A stretch of 64,000 nt of DNA. Origin: a virus. The position numbers and the translations under genes were made by a program. Positions within the stretch are counted from its first letter, which is position 1, and every line of letters begins with the position of its first letter. The stretch is taken from the IMG/VR virus record IMGVR_UViG_3300025195_000023, positions 9,087 to 73,086 of that record. One strand, written 5' to 3'. This document shows, piece after piece, positions 48,024-58,740 of the stretch. Under the pieces are notes generated by a model. The model made no database searches. It saw only the letters and a list, made by a program, of their open reading frames with translations, and was not told where the DNA came from.

Positions 48024-48978
48024 CGTCATGCCCAACCCCTTGTACCCACGCAAAGACAGCCTGGAAGAGGCTGAGCAGTACCTACGTACACAGCTGCCCA
48101 TCACAAGTCCGAACGAGTTGACAGCAACATTGGCGATTTACCGCAACACCCTACTGCGCCTGGTTCAGCAGAGAGCTACCCATGAAGAATGCCACTGTAC
48201 GCCCTAAGGTTTACCGCCTCTACATGCCCTGGGACTCCATCCACAAATGCGTCTCTGTACGGGCCGTTGAGGTGATTGGAACCAACCAGGTTCGTATCCA
48301 TTCCAGTCGAGTCACTCAATTCGTTGAGAACGATCCAGACACCCTCAGACAGCACGGGTACTACCCGACACCTGCAGAGGCTATCGAGGCCTTGGACGAA
48401 CTTAAAGCAATCTGACACAGGACACCCACCATGACCGATGAACAATATCAAGTCATCCAGTCCCTACGGGATGAGGGCTATGCCGTCACCGTCTTTACCC
48501 CCGAAGAGCTGGCCAACACCGACTCCGGAGAATGCGAAGACCTTATGGTTGAGCGGGGCTGGGATTACATTCACCACAACAAAGACGAGGGAGAATAATG
48601 CCCACCGTCAGCGAACTCGCAGAACAGCAATACCCAGGCAAAGTCTTCGACACCGCATTACCCCAGCAGTGGGTTAAACGCATGACCGAACGTGGCTTCG
48701 ATCCCCGTGGACACTTCGTCACGCTGTATCCCACCTCCCCAATGCTGGGATTCTACATGGCACCAGTCACACCCCAAGGTGTGGAAATGGCTGCCCGCGT
48801 TTGTTCAATGGAGGCCTGAGCCATGTGGATAGTCGTAGCCGGTAACCCAATGGACGGTATTACATTTTATGGCCCTTTTGACGATGGCAACTATGCCAAC
48901 GACTGGGCCGAAGACGAACTCAACAATACTGGTTGTGATTGGTGGGTTTCAGAACTCACACAGCCTGACCAGGAGTAA
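48016..48978 (+). CDS. Run of five small hypothetical genes (48016-48207, 48182-48415, 48431-48598, 48598-48819, 48823-48978)
   Basis: Tightly packed or overlapping short ORFs with RBSs; two read by hand below the track cutoff. Confidence 0.55.
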
Positions 48979-48980
48979 CT

Positions 48981-50087
48981 ATGAACCAGAACCACATCAC
49001 CCTTTACCAGAACCATGGCTCAGCAATAGGTTACTGGGAAGCCTGGGTTGAGCCGGATGGACTCGTCATGATCCAGTACGCAAGATCACTGGACGGTAAG
49101 CCTGTTCTGAAGCAATACCAGGCCTACGCCAAGAACGTAGGTAAAGCCAACGCCACCACACCTTATGAGCAGGGTGTTCTGGAGATCCAGAGCAAAGCCC
49201 GTCGTAAGATGGACAAGGGTTACGTACAGACCCTGGAAGAAGCCAAAGCTCCCAGCACCAATGCCATGGGCCTCCTCAAACCGATGCTGGCCACGCCCTT
49301 TGACAAGGTGAAACCAGAAAAGATTGAGTGGGACCGTGCTTATGCCCAGCCCAAGCTGGACGGTCACCGAGCCCTGTACAAGGACGGTGTGCTGTACTCC
49401 CGTCAAGGCAAGACCCTGAAGCTCCCACACATTCAGGACGCCATTAATCGTGCAGGCATTGGCCACATGCACCTGGACGGTGAGCTGTACATTCACGGCA
49501 AGTCCCTCCAGGAGATCAGCAGCCTGGTGAAGAAGTATCAGCCTGAGTCCTACAAAGTCGAATATCACATCTACGATACGATTGACGACAAACCCTTTTC
49601 CCACCGGTTCAACCTGCTCAAGGCCTACGAATACGACTGGCTGGCCAGCTTACCTCTCAAACTGGTCGAGACCTGTCCGATCAGTGATGTAGAGGGTTTG
49701 ATGACTTTACACAGTCAATTCCGGGCAGAAGGGTACGAAGGTACTATGCTCCGCCACAGTGATGAAGGTTACCAACATGGTAAGCGAGCCAGAACACTGC
49801 TGAAGCTCAAAGAGTTCCACGATGCCGAGTTCACCGTTGTGGACTACGAACAAGGCAAGCCCTACATCACCGATGAAGGCGTCTTCAATGTTCCGGTCTG
49901 GATCTGTGATGCAGGCAATGGCAAGACCTTCAATGTGACTGCACCAGGCAACATGCACGAGAAAGACGCTCAGTGGCGTGGTGTGAACAGCTACATCGGC
50001 AAACCTCTCACCGTCAAATACCACTACCTCAGTAAGGACGGTATCCCACAACTACCCGTCGCACTCCGCTTCCGCGAGGACGTGTGA
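48981..50087 (+). CDS. ATP-dependent DNA ligase
   Basis: KPMLA, QPKLDGHR, LDGELY, EGYEGTM, LLKLK, P.LPV...FR. Confidence 0.92.
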   Translation: MNQNHITLYQNHGSAIGYWEAWVEPDGLVMIQYARSLDGKPVLKQYQAYAKNVGKANATTPYEQGVLEIQSKARRKMDKGYVQTLEEAKAPSTNAMGLLKPMLATPFDKVKPEKIEWDRAYAQPKLDGHRALYKDGVLYSRQGKTLKLPHIQDAINRAGIGHMHLDGELYIHGKSLQEISSLVKKYQPESYKVEYHIYDTIDDKPFSHRFNLLKAYEYDWLASLPLKLVETCPISDVEGLMTLHSQFRAEGYEGTMLRHSDEGYQHGKRARTLLKLKEFHDAEFTVVDYEQGKPYITDEGVFNVPVWICDAGNGKTFNVTAPGNMHEKDAQWRGVNSYIGKPLTVKYHYLSKDGIPQLPVALRFREDV

Positions 50088-50139
50088 ACAGGTGCCCATC
50101 CGGGCACCGTGTGACTTTTAATCGCAGAAGGACATTCTT

Positions 50140-51186
50140 ATGGGAATGGCAGTCAGTCTACCGGATGCCCGGCAGATGATTGAACAATGCCTACAGGCCC
50201 GGGTTACGCCCTTTTTGAAAGGCAGCCCAGGCTGTGGAAAATCCTCGCTCATCCACCAGATCGCGGAGGAGTACAACCTCATGGTCATTGACCTGAGATT
50301 GGCTACCGCAGATCCCACCGACCTGAACGGGTTCCCGGACATTGATCGTCAGCGCCGAAAGGCTGGCTACTTGCCCATGGATACGTTCCCGGTCGAAGGC
50401 GATGAGTTACCCATCAACCCGAAAACCGGCAAACCTTACAGTGGTTGGCTGATTTTCCTCGACGAATTGCCACTGGCCGACAAGGCTGTACGCAAGGCGG
50501 CCTACAAGCTGATCCTGGATCGGATGGTTGGACAGTATCACCTGCACAAGCGTGTTGCCCTGGTTGCCGCAGGTAACCTGGATACCGACAACGCAGACGC
50601 CGGAGAACTGGACAACACAGCCCTACAGTCCCGAATGGTTCACATGACCATGAAAGTAGACGTAGATGCCTGGTTGGACTGGGCCCGTACCCACGGTATC
50701 GACCACCGGATCACCAGTTACATCAACTGGCGTCCGGACGTACTGTTCAAATTCAATCCAGACCATGACGACGAGACATTCGCCTGTCCACGGACCTGGG
50801 AATTCACCAGTCGTCTGATCAAGGATAAGCCGGTGCTTAACTGGCTGGATCGTGTCCTACTCAGTGGCACCATCTCTGAGGGCGTAGCCCGGGAGTTCTG
50901 TGGTTACACCGAAATCCAGAATGACCTACCCGACCTCAAGACCATTCTGACCCGACCGGCCGATGTACCGGTACCGACCGAACCGGCAGTGTGCTGGGCA
51001 TTGTCCGGCAAGCTGGGACACGAAGCCACTGAGAACAACATCGAGCAACTCATGAAGTTCATCACCCGGATCCCCAGGGAATTCCAGATGATCACCATGA
51101 GGGAAATACTCAAACGAAACCATGGGATGGATCGGCACGACGCTGTCCAGCCCTGGTTGCTCGACAACGCTGAGGAGTTCTTCTAA
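50140..51186 (+). CDS. MoxR-like AAA+ ATPase (N4 gp24-like)
   Basis: GSPGCGKS, IFLDEL, AAGN, ALQSR, CPRTWE. Confidence 0.88.
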   Translation: MGMAVSLPDARQMIEQCLQARVTPFLKGSPGCGKSSLIHQIAEEYNLMVIDLRLATADPTDLNGFPDIDRQRRKAGYLPMDTFPVEGDELPINPKTGKPYSGWLIFLDELPLADKAVRKAAYKLILDRMVGQYHLHKRVALVAAGNLDTDNADAGELDNTALQSRMVHMTMKVDVDAWLDWARTHGIDHRITSYINWRPDVLFKFNPDHDDETFACPRTWEFTSRLIKDKPVLNWLDRVLLSGTISEGVAREFCGYTEIQNDLPDLKTILTRPADVPVPTEPAVCWALSGKLGHEATENNIEQLMKFITRIPREFQMITMREILKRNHGMDRHDAVQPWLLDNAEEFF

Positions 51187-51195
51187 GGAGACGCT

Positions 51196-52302
51196 ATGTC
51201 TGCCCACCAGAAGGCACTGGATCGTGCCAAGATCGCACTCATGTCCGACAAAAACTCGGGATTCATCACCACCGTGTGTTTCAACCTGAAGCACATCTGG
51301 GACAACAGTATCTCGACGGCCTGCACCAATGGATTGGTTATCCGGTACAACATTGACTTCTGGAACAGCCTGGACAAGGAGGAGCAGCTGTTCCTCCTGC
51401 TCCACGAAACCTGGCATGTGGCCTTTATGCACATGGCTCGCCTGAAGGAGCGTGATCCCCGCAAATGGAACATTGCCGCGGATTACGTCATCAACTACAT
51501 GCTGGTTTCCCTGGGGTACAAGATGCCCAAGGGAGGCCTGTATGACGCTCAGTACGCGGATATGTCCACGGAGCAGGTATACAACCTACTTCCCGACGAT
51601 CCAAAGGAAGACTTGCCTATGTCTGACCTGGAAGATCCCGGGGATTCCGATGACACCACACCAGAGCAGGCACAGGCCGAGATCGAGGATATCCTGGTCC
51701 GGGCCCACCTACAGTCACAGATGACCAACCGTCCCCCAGGCATGATGCCAGAGGAAATCCAGCTGTACATCAACAGCCTGATGAATCCGCAACTGCCCTG
51801 GAACCGGATCCTGAGCCGGTACGTTGCCCGTTTGAGTAAATCCGATTGGTCCTGGCGACGACCCAACCGCCGGTACTTCCCGGATCATTACCTGCCCTCG
51901 CAGTACAGCGAGACGCTGTGTGATATCGCCATGGCCGGTGACATTTCCGGATCAGTATCTAACGAGACCTTCAAGCAGTACTTGTCGGAGGTCTACGCGG
52001 TGCTGCACAAGGAAAAACCCGAAACCCTTACCTTCATGCAGTTCGACACCACAATCAAACAGGTCGATGTGATCGAGGATCTACAGGACCTGATGAACGT
52101 GAAGCTGCATGGACGTGGTGGTACGGACATTAACCCGGTCATCCAGTGGGTGGCTCAAAACAAACCCAGCCTGATGGTCATCCTGACCGATGGCCACTTC
52201 GACCTGGTCGAACCCAACCCCAAGGTGCCCATTATCTGGGCCATCAGTGACAACCCCAACTTCTCACCACCCTACGGCAAGGTGATTCACCTGCCATCCT
52301 GA
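51196..52302 (+). CDS. Metallopeptidase-like/VWA protein (N4 gp25-like)
   Basis: TACTNG, HETWH, WNIAADYVIN, DISGS MIDAS, GRGGTD, LTDG. Confidence 0.88.
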   Translation: MSAHQKALDRAKIALMSDKNSGFITTVCFNLKHIWDNSISTACTNGLVIRYNIDFWNSLDKEEQLFLLLHETWHVAFMHMARLKERDPRKWNIAADYVINYMLVSLGYKMPKGGLYDAQYADMSTEQVYNLLPDDPKEDLPMSDLEDPGDSDDTTPEQAQAEIEDILVRAHLQSQMTNRPPGMMPEEIQLYINSLMNPQLPWNRILSRYVARLSKSDWSWRRPNRRYFPDHYLPSQYSETLCDIAMAGDISGSVSNETFKQYLSEVYAVLHKEKPETLTFMQFDTTIKQVDVIEDLQDLMNVKLHGRGGTDINPVIQWVAQNKPSLMVILTDGHFDLVEPNPKVPIIWAISDNPNFSPPYGKVIHLPS

Positions 52303-52313
52303 AGGAGCGCCTC

Positions 52314-53564
52314 ATGAGCGATTCGATTACCCTGACCGAAGGCCAGCAGAACGCTTTTGAGGCCTTTAAGAAATTCATCCTGAGTCCCAAGGACAATGTC
52401 TTTGTTCTTGAGGGCTACTCAGGCACCGGTAAAACCACCCTGGTTCGTCGCATCCTGGAGTTCATCCCCAAGCTCCAGAAGATGTACCGCACCGTGGCAC
52501 CCCATGCCAAAAACGACCTGAACATTGTTTTGACGGCCACCACCAACAAAGCCGCTGAAGCACTCTCCCAGATTGTCGGTGAGCCTGTCAGAACCATTCA
52601 CGGGGCCATTGGCTTGCGTGTACACAAGGACTACAAAACCGGACAGACCCGGTTGGTTCCCCGACAGGGTGCTGATCCTGTGAGTGATTCCATCGTCTTT
52701 GTTGACGAAGCCAGCTATATCGACGAATCACTGCTCAAGTACATACTGGCTCGGTGCCAGAACTGCAAGATCGTGTTCATTGGCGATCCAGCTCAGTTGC
52801 TGAACGTTGGCTGCCAGAAGTCCCCGGTGTTCAACGACCGGTTCCCGACTGCCAAGCTGACTGAAGTGGTACGCCAGGCTGAGGGCAACCCCATCATTGC
52901 CATGGCCACCAGCTTCCGTAACACGGTCAACACCGGGAACTGGGAATCCTTGACGGTGGACGGGGTACACATCAAACACCTGCCCCGGGACGAGTTTGAG
53001 GATGCCATTATCCAAGAGTTCAACGACCCAACCTGGACACACAACCGATCCAAGGTACTGGCCTGGACCAACCGGTGCGTCATCAACTTCAACCACGCTA
53101 TCCGCAAGTGTGTCCAAGGCACACCACAGATTCACGTAGGCGACTACGTAATCTGTAACCGCTTCATCTCAATCAAAAAATGCACCTTGAAGACCGATCA
53201 GCTATGCCGGGTAACCGGTATGGGACCCCTGGAAACCCGACAAGATGTAGAGGGGCACAAAGTGCAATTGGACAACCGACACGTTGCATTCCTACCCAAT
53301 GACCCCGACCAGAAAGAGCAAGCCATCAATAAGGCCCAGGCGGAAGATAACATCGCTGCCCTTCGCACGATGGATGAGTGGGTGGATTTACGGGCAGCGT
53401 ATGCCTGCACCATCAACAAGTCTCAAGGCTCTACCTATGACAAGGTTTTCATTGACCTTGACGACGTCGCTCGATGCCGTGATGGGAACCAGATCGCACG
53501 GATGCTCTACGTAGCCGTGAGCCGAGCCAGAGAGACTGTGTACCTCACAGGAGACCTGGTATGA
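52314..53564 (+). CDS. SF1 (Dda/RecD-like) DNA helicase
   Basis: GYSGTGKT, ATTNKAA, VDEAS, GDPAQL, VVRQ, TINKSQGSTY, YVAVSRA. Confidence 0.92.
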   Translation: MSDSITLTEGQQNAFEAFKKFILSPKDNVFVLEGYSGTGKTTLVRRILEFIPKLQKMYRTVAPHAKNDLNIVLTATTNKAAEALSQIVGEPVRTIHGAIGLRVHKDYKTGQTRLVPRQGADPVSDSIVFVDEASYIDESLLKYILARCQNCKIVFIGDPAQLLNVGCQKSPVFNDRFPTAKLTEVVRQAEGNPIIAMATSFRNTVNTGNWESLTVDGVHIKHLPRDEFEDAIIQEFNDPTWTHNRSKVLAWTNRCVINFNHAIRKCVQGTPQIHVGDYVICNRFISIKKCTLKTDQLCRVTGMGPLETRQDVEGHKVQLDNRHVAFLPNDPDQKEQAINKAQAEDNIAALRTMDEWVDLRAAYACTINKSQGSTYDKVFIDLDDVARCRDGNQIARMLYVAVSRARETVYLTGDLV

Positions 53565-54082
53565 CCACGGATATCACCTACGACCCAAAGACCAAGGCGC
53601 TCATCAAGGATCGGCTTTATGAGCACTTGTACGCCCCGGTCAAGGAGAGCTTCAACCAGCGACTGAAGACCATCATTGTCAAGAACTCCGTGCTTCACGG
53701 TAACGACCAACAGTGGTTGTCCTACAAGGGCGAGTACTACGCCATCGACCAGACACAACCCAGGCCACGGCCAATGAACCGGCTACATAAAGAGTTGACC
53801 AGTGTCATGAACGAGTATGTCAATGACCTGGAATACCTGAACCAGCAGGAATTGCCGTATGTCCTGGGCTTCATCAATAACGTTCTGAACTCCTCAAACA
53901 GCCTGCAGGACTATTTCCGGATCTTCCCGGAATCCATTCATGGGCCCCTGAAGGATGTCGCAGACCGGTGTGCCTGTAAGGAAAACCGGCTGGCACCTGA
54001 GACTGTCAAGGAGATCCAGCAAAAGAACCAGATCCCGATAGAATTGATGAAAAAACGTATGGTCCTGAACCTTCTAATTTAA
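53561..54082 (+). CDS. Hypothetical protein (N4 gp38 position)
   Basis: Coupled between helicase and polymerase. Confidence 0.7.
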   Translation: MTTDITYDPKTKALIKDRLYEHLYAPVKESFNQRLKTIIVKNSVLHGNDQQWLSYKGEYYAIDQTQPRPRPMNRLHKELTSVMNEYVNDLEYLNQQELPYVLGFINNVLNSSNSLQDYFRIFPESIHGPLKDVADRCACKENRLAPETVKEIQQKNQIPIELMKKRMVLNLLI

Positions 54083-54092
54083 GGAAACTATT

Positions 54093-56756
54093 GTGCGTCA
54101 CATCATCTTTGAGGAGTCTGACTCCCATCCTATCGCCCTTCTGATCAAAAACACGGCCTTTAACCGTAACGAGATCGTGGCCAACTATGTGTCACCACTG
54201 GCACAGGCCGGGATCCCGTCACGGGACGTCATTGCCTTGGACCTGGCTTACAACCAGGCAGGCAAGGCGCCGGTCAGTTTGATTAAGGAGTACCTGGCCG
54301 ATCTGCTGCCTGCACTGAGTAGTGTGGGTACCAAGATCATCTACTGTGCAGATGCCGCGTATTTCAAGCAGCTTACCGGCCTATCCAAGGCAGAGCCCCA
54401 CCTGGGTTACGTCAAGGACTGCAAGTTAAAAGGCTACGAGGACATGCAAGTGATTCTCGGTGTGAACCACAAATCCCTGCTATACAACCCGGCCAATGAG
54501 CCCAAGCTGCTCATGTCGGTCAACACGTTGATTGACACCATGGGTGGCCAGCACGAACCTCCCGGGAAGGACATCATCAAGCATGCTGTGTATGTGGACC
54601 ATACCGATCTGAACGCCGTCGAGAAAGTCCTGGAAGCCATCCAGGTCCATGACGAACTGACGGTAGATATCGAAACCTTCAGTTTGCGATTCAACGAGGC
54701 CGGTATTGCTACCATCACGTTCTGTTGGGACGAACACTCTGGTGTGGCCTTTGCCGTGGATTATGAGCCATTGCCGGAGAAGAACGAGCACGGTGAGTAC
54801 GGTCGTCAGATCGACAACCAGCCGATCAAGGCCCTCCTGCGTCAGTTCTTTGAGTCCTACCGCGGCACCATGACCTGGCACAACAGTCCTTTCGATACCA
54901 AGGTGTTGATCTTTGAGTTGTGGATGAAGAACGCACTGGATCTGCCAGGACTGCTCACTGGCCTGCACACCCTGCACCAGCGTCTGCATGACACCAAGAT
55001 CATTGCCTACCTGGCCACCAACAGCTGTGCCGGTAACCGTCTGGGCCTGAAAGAACTGGCCCATGAGTTTGCCGGGAACTACGCACAGGAGGAGATCAAG
55101 GACGTCCGCCGTATTCCGCTGCCCCAGCTGCTGGAATACAACCTGGTAGACGGGCTGTGTACCTGGTACGTCAAGAAAAAGTACTACCCGATCATGGTGG
55201 CCGACGATCAGGAAGCCATCTATTACGACCTGATGTTACCGAGCCAGAAGGTCATCACTCAGGTAGAGTTGTCCGGTATGCCCCTGGATATGGACAAGGT
55301 GGCCTATGCCCGCAAGGAGCTTGAGCGGATCAAGGCAGAACACGAACAGGTGTTTGTTAACCACTCGGTTATTCACCGTCTGGAAGACCGCCTGACGTAC
55401 CTGGCCTGGGAAAAGGACTACGCCGACCGCAAGGCCAAAGCCAAGAACCCAGACAAGATCCTGCCCAAGGACCGCAATGCGTTCCCGCGGACAGTGTTCA
55501 ACCCCAACTCCAACCCTCAGATGCAGAAGCTCCTCTATGAGGAAATGGGGCTGCCGGTCATTGACCTGACCAAGAACAAGGCCCCAGCAACCGGGGGAGA
55601 CACCATTGAGAAGCTGATCAACCACACCACGAGCCAGGACTTCATTGAGATCCTGGAAGCCCTCATGGCGTGGTCAGAAGCTGAGAAGATCCTGTCCACC
55701 TTCATCCCGGCCTTCGAGAGGGCCATCCTTAAAGGCGACGGTGTCTACTACCTCCATGGCTCCTTCAATCTGGGAGGTACCAAGTCCGGCCGGTTGTCCA
55801 GCTCCGATCCGAACATGCAGAACCTACCTTCTGGTTCCACGTATGGAAAGCTGATCAAGGACTGCTTCCGGGCACCACCTGGGCACCTGTTCACGGGTGC
55901 AGACTTCAACTCACTGGAGGACTACATCTCTGCCTTAACCACCCGAGACCCGAACAAGTTGAAGGTCTACGAGGAAGGTTACGATGGGCACTCACTGCGG
56001 GCATTCAGCTACTGGCCAGAGAAGTTCCCTTGGGACGAATTGACGCCGGAACTGAGCCATGCTGTCAAGAAGGATCCTCTGCTGGACGCCATTCGGGGCA
56101 AATCCAAGGGACCTACCTTTGCCCTGACGTACCAAGGCACCTGGCACACCCTGGTCAATAGCCTGGGCTTCCCCAAGGAAGACGCCCTGCGTATCGAGGC
56201 GAACTACCACGAACTGTACAAGGTCAGTGACCAGTGGGTTCAGGCCAAACTGGATCAAGCCAGTCAGGACGGGTACGTAACGGTTGCCTTCGGCTTACGC
56301 CTACGGACACCGTTACTGGGCCAAGTTTTGCGAGGCCGAGCCAAGGTACCGTATGAGGCTGAAGCGGAAGGACGTACCGCCGGTAACGCCCTGGGCCAGT
56401 CCTATGGGCTACTGAACAACCGTGCCTGTAACGAGTTCATGCAGAAGGTCTGGCAGAGCCGGTTCAAGTACGACATTCGGCCGGTAGCCATGATCCACGA
56501 TGCCATTTACCTCGTCATTCGTGACGACATTGAAGTGGTGGAGTGGGTGAACCGGGAACTGATCAAATCCATGGAATGGCAGGAACTGCCCGAACTGGTA
56601 CACCCAACCGTCAAGATCGGTGCAGCACTGGATATCTTCTATCCAAGCTGGGCCTACGCCTGCACCCTACCCAACTACGCCGACCAGAGGGAGATTCGCG
56701 CTACGTGCGACACATTTCTCGCTGACCTGGCCGAAAAACAGAAGGAAGCCGCATGA
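54093..56756 (+). CDS. Family A DNA polymerase with 3'-5' exonuclease (N4 gp39-like)
   Basis: VDIET, HNSPFD, YNLVD exo motifs; SGRLSSSDPNMQNLP, ADFNSLE, KGPTFALTYQG, IHDA. Confidence 0.95.
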   Translation: MRHIIFEESDSHPIALLIKNTAFNRNEIVANYVSPLAQAGIPSRDVIALDLAYNQAGKAPVSLIKEYLADLLPALSSVGTKIIYCADAAYFKQLTGLSKAEPHLGYVKDCKLKGYEDMQVILGVNHKSLLYNPANEPKLLMSVNTLIDTMGGQHEPPGKDIIKHAVYVDHTDLNAVEKVLEAIQVHDELTVDIETFSLRFNEAGIATITFCWDEHSGVAFAVDYEPLPEKNEHGEYGRQIDNQPIKALLRQFFESYRGTMTWHNSPFDTKVLIFELWMKNALDLPGLLTGLHTLHQRLHDTKIIAYLATNSCAGNRLGLKELAHEFAGNYAQEEIKDVRRIPLPQLLEYNLVDGLCTWYVKKKYYPIMVADDQEAIYYDLMLPSQKVITQVELSGMPLDMDKVAYARKELERIKAEHEQVFVNHSVIHRLEDRLTYLAWEKDYADRKAKAKNPDKILPKDRNAFPRTVFNPNSNPQMQKLLYEEMGLPVIDLTKNKAPATGGDTIEKLINHTTSQDFIEILEALMAWSEAEKILSTFIPAFERAILKGDGVYYLHGSFNLGGTKSGRLSSSDPNMQNLPSGSTYGKLIKDCFRAPPGHLFTGADFNSLEDYISALTTRDPNKLKVYEEGYDGHSLRAFSYWPEKFPWDELTPELSHAVKKDPLLDAIRGKSKGPTFALTYQGTWHTLVNSLGFPKEDALRIEANYHELYKVSDQWVQAKLDQASQDGYVTVAFGLRLRTPLLGQVLRGRAKVPYEAEAEGRTAGNALGQSYGLLNNRACNEFMQKVWQSRFKYDIRPVAMIHDAIYLVIRDDIEVVEWVNRELIKSMEWQELPELVHPTVKIGAALDIFYPSWAYACTLPNYADQREIRATCDTFLADLAEKQKEAA

Positions 56757-56917
56757 CAGCTGAAGAATTTGACAACCATCACCAGCACGACCTTGGTGAC
56801 GATTTCTGGGGAAGCCATGAGCTGTACCCTGTCGAAGACTGGCAATACGAGGTCTCCAATGATGAAACCCGCCTGGGTTACTGGGACTGGGTTCTGATAA
56901 AAATCGAGACCACCTAA
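56753..56917 (+). CDS. 54-aa acidic hypothetical protein
   Basis: ATGA-coupled to the polymerase; DWQYEVSNDETRLGYWDWV. Confidence 0.6.
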   Translation: MTAEEFDNHHQHDLGDDFWGSHELYPVEDWQYEVSNDETRLGYWDWVLIKIETT

Positions 56918-57318
56918 TGATCTATCCCGACGGTCACCGCCGCTATCGCGTGGTGGATGACTCCGACAACAAAGAGGAGGTGCTGGATTCGTTCAGCATC
57001 CTCCTGCAAGCCGAAATCGCCCTGACCCGGGCACTCAACAATAACGTGGATGCGTACCTGATGGACGCCAAGGAGATGAATTTGGACAGCTTTACCGTCT
57101 ACACCCAACCCGGATGCTTCTTCTGCACCAAAGCCATTGAGCTGCTCAAAAACCACGATCAGGCTGTGAATGTTATCGACATTAACACCGATCCAGAAGC
57201 ACGAAAGCTGATGGTAAAAAATGATTTCAAAACCGTGCCACAGGTCTACCACAACGGTAATCACGTTGGTGGCTATGAAGCCCTGGTTCAGTACATGGAG
57301 ACGGCCAACGCCCAATGA
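56917..57318 (+). CDS. Glutaredoxin/NrdH-like redoxin with N-terminal extension
   Basis: VYTQPGCFFC...TVPQV...HVGGY in the C-terminal ~80 aa. Confidence 0.8.
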   Translation: MIYPDGHRRYRVVDDSDNKEEVLDSFSILLQAEIALTRALNNNVDAYLMDAKEMNLDSFTVYTQPGCFFCTKAIELLKNHDQAVNVIDINTDPEARKLMVKNDFKTVPQVYHNGNHVGGYEALVQYMETANAQ

Positions 57319-57596
57319 TTGAGCAAATCGCTATTGCCGTCTTCGGTCTGACTGCCATCTGGCTGTCTCAGGCGCCCTCTGAAGCCCATCGCAAGTGGGC
57401 ACCAGTCCTTGGCCTGATGAGTCAGCCATTCTGGTTCTACGCCACTCTGGCAGCCGAGCAGTATGGCATCTTCGTACTGACCCTGTTCTACACCCTGGCC
57501 TGGTGCCGCGGTATCAAGAATCACTGGTTCCCGAAACGTGGTGTCCATGCCATGTGGGAGCATCTGAAGAAGGAGTTTACCAGTGAGACCCAGTGA
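57315..57596 (+). CDS. Small three-TM membrane protein (PnuC-like fragment)
   Basis: GLTAIWL...WAPVLGLMSQPFWFY...YGIFVL. Confidence 0.6.
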   Translation: MIEQIAIAVFGLTAIWLSQAPSEAHRKWAPVLGLMSQPFWFYATLAAEQYGIFVLTLFYTLAWCRGIKNHWFPKRGVHAMWEHLKKEFTSETQ

Positions 57597-57789
57597 CTTT
57601 ATCTGCCTTCCACCAGATTCGTTCGACCGTCCCCTGTGCAAGCACAAGGAAACCGGCCTGTATTATTGCGTTCTGGAAGAAGGTATCACCTTCGACGATA
57701 TCCTAGCCGGTAAAGCGGAGCTGTATTACAAGGGCTCCCGAGAAGGTGAACCAGAATACCCAGTCACACTGGAGCCAGACGATGATTGA
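57583..57789 (+). CDS. Hypothetical protein
   Basis: AAGGAG RBS, GTG start, overlapping neighbours. Confidence 0.55.
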   Translation: MRPSDFICLPPDSFDRPLCKHKETGLYYCVLEEGITFDDILAGKAELYYKGSREGEPEYPVTLEPDDD

Positions 57790-58276
57790 TCCACACAAAA
57801 CCAAGTACCACCCGCTGTACTGGTCCATGGTTGAGGCTGCTGCTGACCAGACTGTGGCAACCCGTCACCAAGTAGGGGCCATTGTGGTCACCCCCACTGG
57901 GATGATTAGTGTGGGCTGGAACGGTATGCCCAGCGGTATGGACAACTGTTGTGAGTCCACCATGGTCACTTCTTTGTATAGCGGCGAAAGTCGGCCCAAA
58001 ACCAATCCCGAAGTGATCCACGCAGAACGTAATGCCATCGACAAGATGACTCGTCAAGGAGTACCCACACAAGGCTCCATCCTGTTCGTCTCCCGGGCAC
58101 CCTGCTTTGAATGTGCCAAGGCCATTCATGGCTTGGGGCTGGCTGGAATCTTCTACCAGGAAGATCACGACGACATGCGAGGTGTTGAACTGCTGAAAAA
58201 GACAGGCAATTTCGTCTGCCGTCGAGACAAGATCATCTCATTACAGGAGGCCTCCGGCCTCTCCGCGCTTTCGTAA
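57782..58276 (+). CDS. dCMP deaminase
   Basis: QVGAIVV, GWNG, HAERNAI, PCFECAK. Confidence 0.9.
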   Translation: MIDPHKTKYHPLYWSMVEAAADQTVATRHQVGAIVVTPTGMISVGWNGMPSGMDNCCESTMVTSLYSGESRPKTNPEVIHAERNAIDKMTRQGVPTQGSILFVSRAPCFECAKAIHGLGLAGIFYQEDHDDMRGVELLKKTGNFVCRRDKIISLQEASGLSALS

Positions 58277-58297
58277 ACCAAACCAAGAAGGTCACCC

Positions 58298-58531
58298 ATG
58301 GATACGTTTGAATCCCGGGTGGCCGGTATCCCCTGCCAGATCGAGGTCACCTACTACTCCGAGGATCGTCCTATGCGGGTCACTGGCTCTGGTTTTGGGG
58401 ATGCTGACCCACCCGAACCTGAAGAGTTTGAATTCACTGTACTGGATCGTAAAGGGTATCCAGCCCCTTGGCTGGAAAGGAAGTTAACCAGGGATGATTA
58501 CCAACGCATTAAACAGGAGTACTTACAGTAA
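58298..58531 (+). CDS. Conserved hypothetical phage protein
   Basis: VAGIPCQIEV...VLDRKGYPAPWLERKLT. Confidence 0.7.
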   Translation: MDTFESRVAGIPCQIEVTYYSEDRPMRVTGSGFGDADPPEPEEFEFTVLDRKGYPAPWLERKLTRDDYQRIKQEYLQ

Positions 58532-58740
58532 TGTCCCTGAGGGAAATGATTCTGTCTATTCAAAAACTACTGCATTGTGAATGTCTCAGCGATGTAGTTG
58601 AACGTACTGGTGTATCGTCAGGCACAATTATCCGATGGAAAGAGGAACCACCCGAGCGCCCGTCGTTATTTGTCTTCTATAAGTTGGCCCGATACTTTGG
58701 ATTCCGGCCATCTGTCTCCTTGATGGACAACCTGATTTAA
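58531..58740 (+). CDS. Small XRE/Cro-like HTH protein
   Basis: LSDVVERTGVSSGTIIRWK...PSL....KLARYFG. Confidence 0.7.
   Translation: MSLREMILSIQKLLHCECLSDVVERTGVSSGTIIRWKEEPPERPSLFVFYKLARYFGFRPSVSLMDNLI

Noticed and set aside
50140-52302. MoxR AAA plus VWA/metallopeptidase pair as a novel system
   Set aside because: Well-known conserved N4 gp24/gp25 pair.
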